DNA of 53,899 nt, counting the filler, from Jimgerdemannia flammicorona (Eukaryota): NCBI GenBank assembly GCA_003990765.1. It is 3 parts of 3 records of this genome, joined end to end, with 100 filler letters (N's around TTAATTAATTAA, not from the genome) between each part and the next. Parts side by side here need not be neighbours in the genome. Positions count along the whole stretch, not along the records: positions 36,003 to 53,899 come from RBNJ01002370.1; 2 more parts are not named here. One strand, given 5' to 3'. A model generated the notes under the pieces. That model saw only the letters and a program-made list of their open reading frames with translations. It did not search any database and was not told the DNA's origin. Shown here piece by piece: positions 52,100 through 53,899 of this stretch; the first letter of the stretch is position 1; each line of letters opens with the position of its first letter. The translations under genes were made by a program, and so were the position numbers.

Positions 52100-52746
52100 A
52101 AAGATAATCTTCTTAGGTGAGTCTATAAATTTAATATATCAACTCAATGAAGGCAGAGTATAAGGTTAAGGCTGCTATATATATAGATTGGCTAGACACT
52201 CCAGTTTTTTTGTTAAAAAGTAATAAAATATTCAATAGATCTCTCAGAAATATTTATAAGTTCTCTATTTTAGCATAACATAGATAATTTTAGTGAGTTT
52301 TCTAATTCAGTAGTCTAGTATAATACTATCAATTTTGAAAGATTTTTTAAAATAAAGCAGATTTCTAAAATAAGGTAAATAATATATATTCTTCCTAAAT
52401 TAGCAGACTTTTCTTTAAAATGGTACTTTTCTTAAGCAGTAGATGACTCAAAAATAACAGACTTCTCTCTTTATATTAGAAAGTACATTAGAGAGAAAAA
52501 TAACATCAAGCTCACAATTATCTAAATGTGGATATTTCTCCTAAATATTAAAATTCTTCTTAAATCAAGTAGCTCTTAATAGATATATCTCTTGAAATAT
52601 AGTAGGCAGCCTTATTGCTTTTGGTTTCAATTTTGAACCAAGGTTTATTCTCTCTTATCTCATATAGTTGTAGTTACTCTCTGGTTGCTATGTGGCTAAA
52701 TATTTCTAATAATGTTTAGTTATTCCTATTGAGAACTTGAATTTTA

Positions 52747-52818
52747 AATTCTGATATAGTATATCAACTAGAGATACTAATCTCAAATTCTGATATAGTG
52801 TATCAGCTAAGATTACTT
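52747..52818. repeat. ~39-bp imperfect tandem duplication
   Basis: AAATTCTGATATAGT(A/G)TATCA(A/G)CTA occurs twice in tandem. Confidence 0.7.
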
Positions 52819-53159
52819 TGTGTCCTTATTTGGCTATTTGAGTTATTTATATAAGTTAGTATAGTCGAGTAACTCTGTTTATCTAGTATACTGATATAGT
52901 ATATAGTAACTAATTTGGATACTAACTTGGTATGTTATTCTGATAGCTTATCACAATATATCTGAGCCAAGAATAATAAAGATCAAATATGAGGATGATA
53001 AAGTCTTTAGTAATAAGGAATCCTTTATAATAGTTAAATAAAATATTCCAATATTCTACAAGAAACCCATTCTGCTTTAGGAAGTTTTTTGAATATATCA
53101 AAGACTCCTTAATATAAGTATCATATAAGCTATATAAATGTATATAATTATATATATAT

Positions 53160-53712
53160 CATGACTTATAGTGAGCCAAATATATATAATAGACTATAGC
53201 TTCTTCTAATAGTGAGAAATAGCAATAAGTAAAGAATGAAGAGTATAATTTACTCATTGAGAATTATATATAGCATCTGATATTTCTCTAGAATTATTAA
53301 GTCATCAGATCCTAAGATTAAATATAAGAGTAATTGGACTATTAAATAGTATAAAATATATTTTATTATAAAGGATTATTTATAGTATTTTAACATAGAC
53401 TATAAAAAGATATTTTTACCAGAATTCAAACTTATAATCCTAAAAATACTTCTTGCAATTAGTACTATATATAATCTGGTGATCTAGACTGATATATATA
53501 AAGACTGTATTCTTAAATAAAGGTATGTATTAATACTAAACTATATATTTATCAACTATAAGAATATAATAGTCAGAATAATGAGTTAATATATAAACTA
53601 TATAAAAGACTATATAGAATCAAATAAGTAGCTTATCCTTAAAATAGAAAAATTAACAAATGCCACTAGATAATAGATTCATATAATACAAAGTAGATAA
53701 TTATATATATAT
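53160..53712 (+). pseudogene. Second, highly decayed Ty1/Copia RT fragment
   Basis: Remnants SEPNIY..SEK*Q*VKNEEYNLLIEN, KYKSN..*YKIYFIIKDYL*..IDYKKIF, IKTVFLN and a KQAA-like segment, matching Copia RT motif order. Confidence 0.6.
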
Positions 53713-53899
53713 TGTCACGTAGTGGTCCCTGAGTCCTTCAAATATGCCAGATTCTCTTCAAGGTATATCTCTTAGACTAACTCAAGTTGTTATAAGCAAG
53801 TTCTTATTGGAGTGCCTTCCCAAGGTCTTATAGTCCTCAAACTTCTTATCTTTAACTATCTTGTTATCTCTTAGATTGCTTGCAAGGGATTGTGTATTG
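53713..53899. repeat. Possible start of another LTR running off the window
   Basis: Abrupt compositional switch starting TGTCACG that interrupts the Copia RT relic. Confidence 0.35.

Noticed and set aside
52183..52215. Possible PBS (TGGAGTGTCTAGCC on minus) and LTR edge for the Gypsy gag relic
   Set aside because: No partner LTR found and no tRNA match I can verify.
1..53899. Unistrand piRNA-cluster-like or centromeric locus suggested by the minus-strand bias
   Set aside because: Contig orientations are arbitrary, and plus-strand elements exist (hAT, Sola-like relic, second Copia, two LINE tails). The chromodomain alone does not show a centromeric location.

Overview
Eukaryotic, probably fungal, transposon-rich sequence with no intact host gene. 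The window is three unrelated contigs (17,901, 17,901 and 17,897 bp) joined by an artificial N44-TTAATTAATTAA-N44 spacer, so adjacency across the gaps means nothing. It is dominated by about 10 copies or fragments of an L1/Tx1-clade LINE family: ~5.9 kb, 81-83 bp 5'UTR, ~670-codon ORF1 with no zinc knuckle, APE-RT-zinc-finger ORF2 and a poly(A) tail. Three LINE insertions sit inside other LINE copies in the same orientation, two with visible target-site duplications (TSDs). Also present: a 430-bp fold-back hAT-type MITE, an intron-rich hAT transposase relic, a Sola/DUF7869-like transposase relic, a chromodomain Ty3/Gypsy element with a possible extra 3' ORF, older Gypsy relics, a complete but dead Ty1/Copia element (125-bp LTRs, 5-bp TSD, half-tRNA-iMet PBS) and a second Copia fragment. 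Almost all of it is inactivated by C>T/G>A transitions with extreme CpG depletion. I found no convincing new gene system; the best leads are the unusual properties of the LINE family, the candidate chromovirus ORF3 and the hypermutation pattern. All family calls come from motif recall, not database searches.
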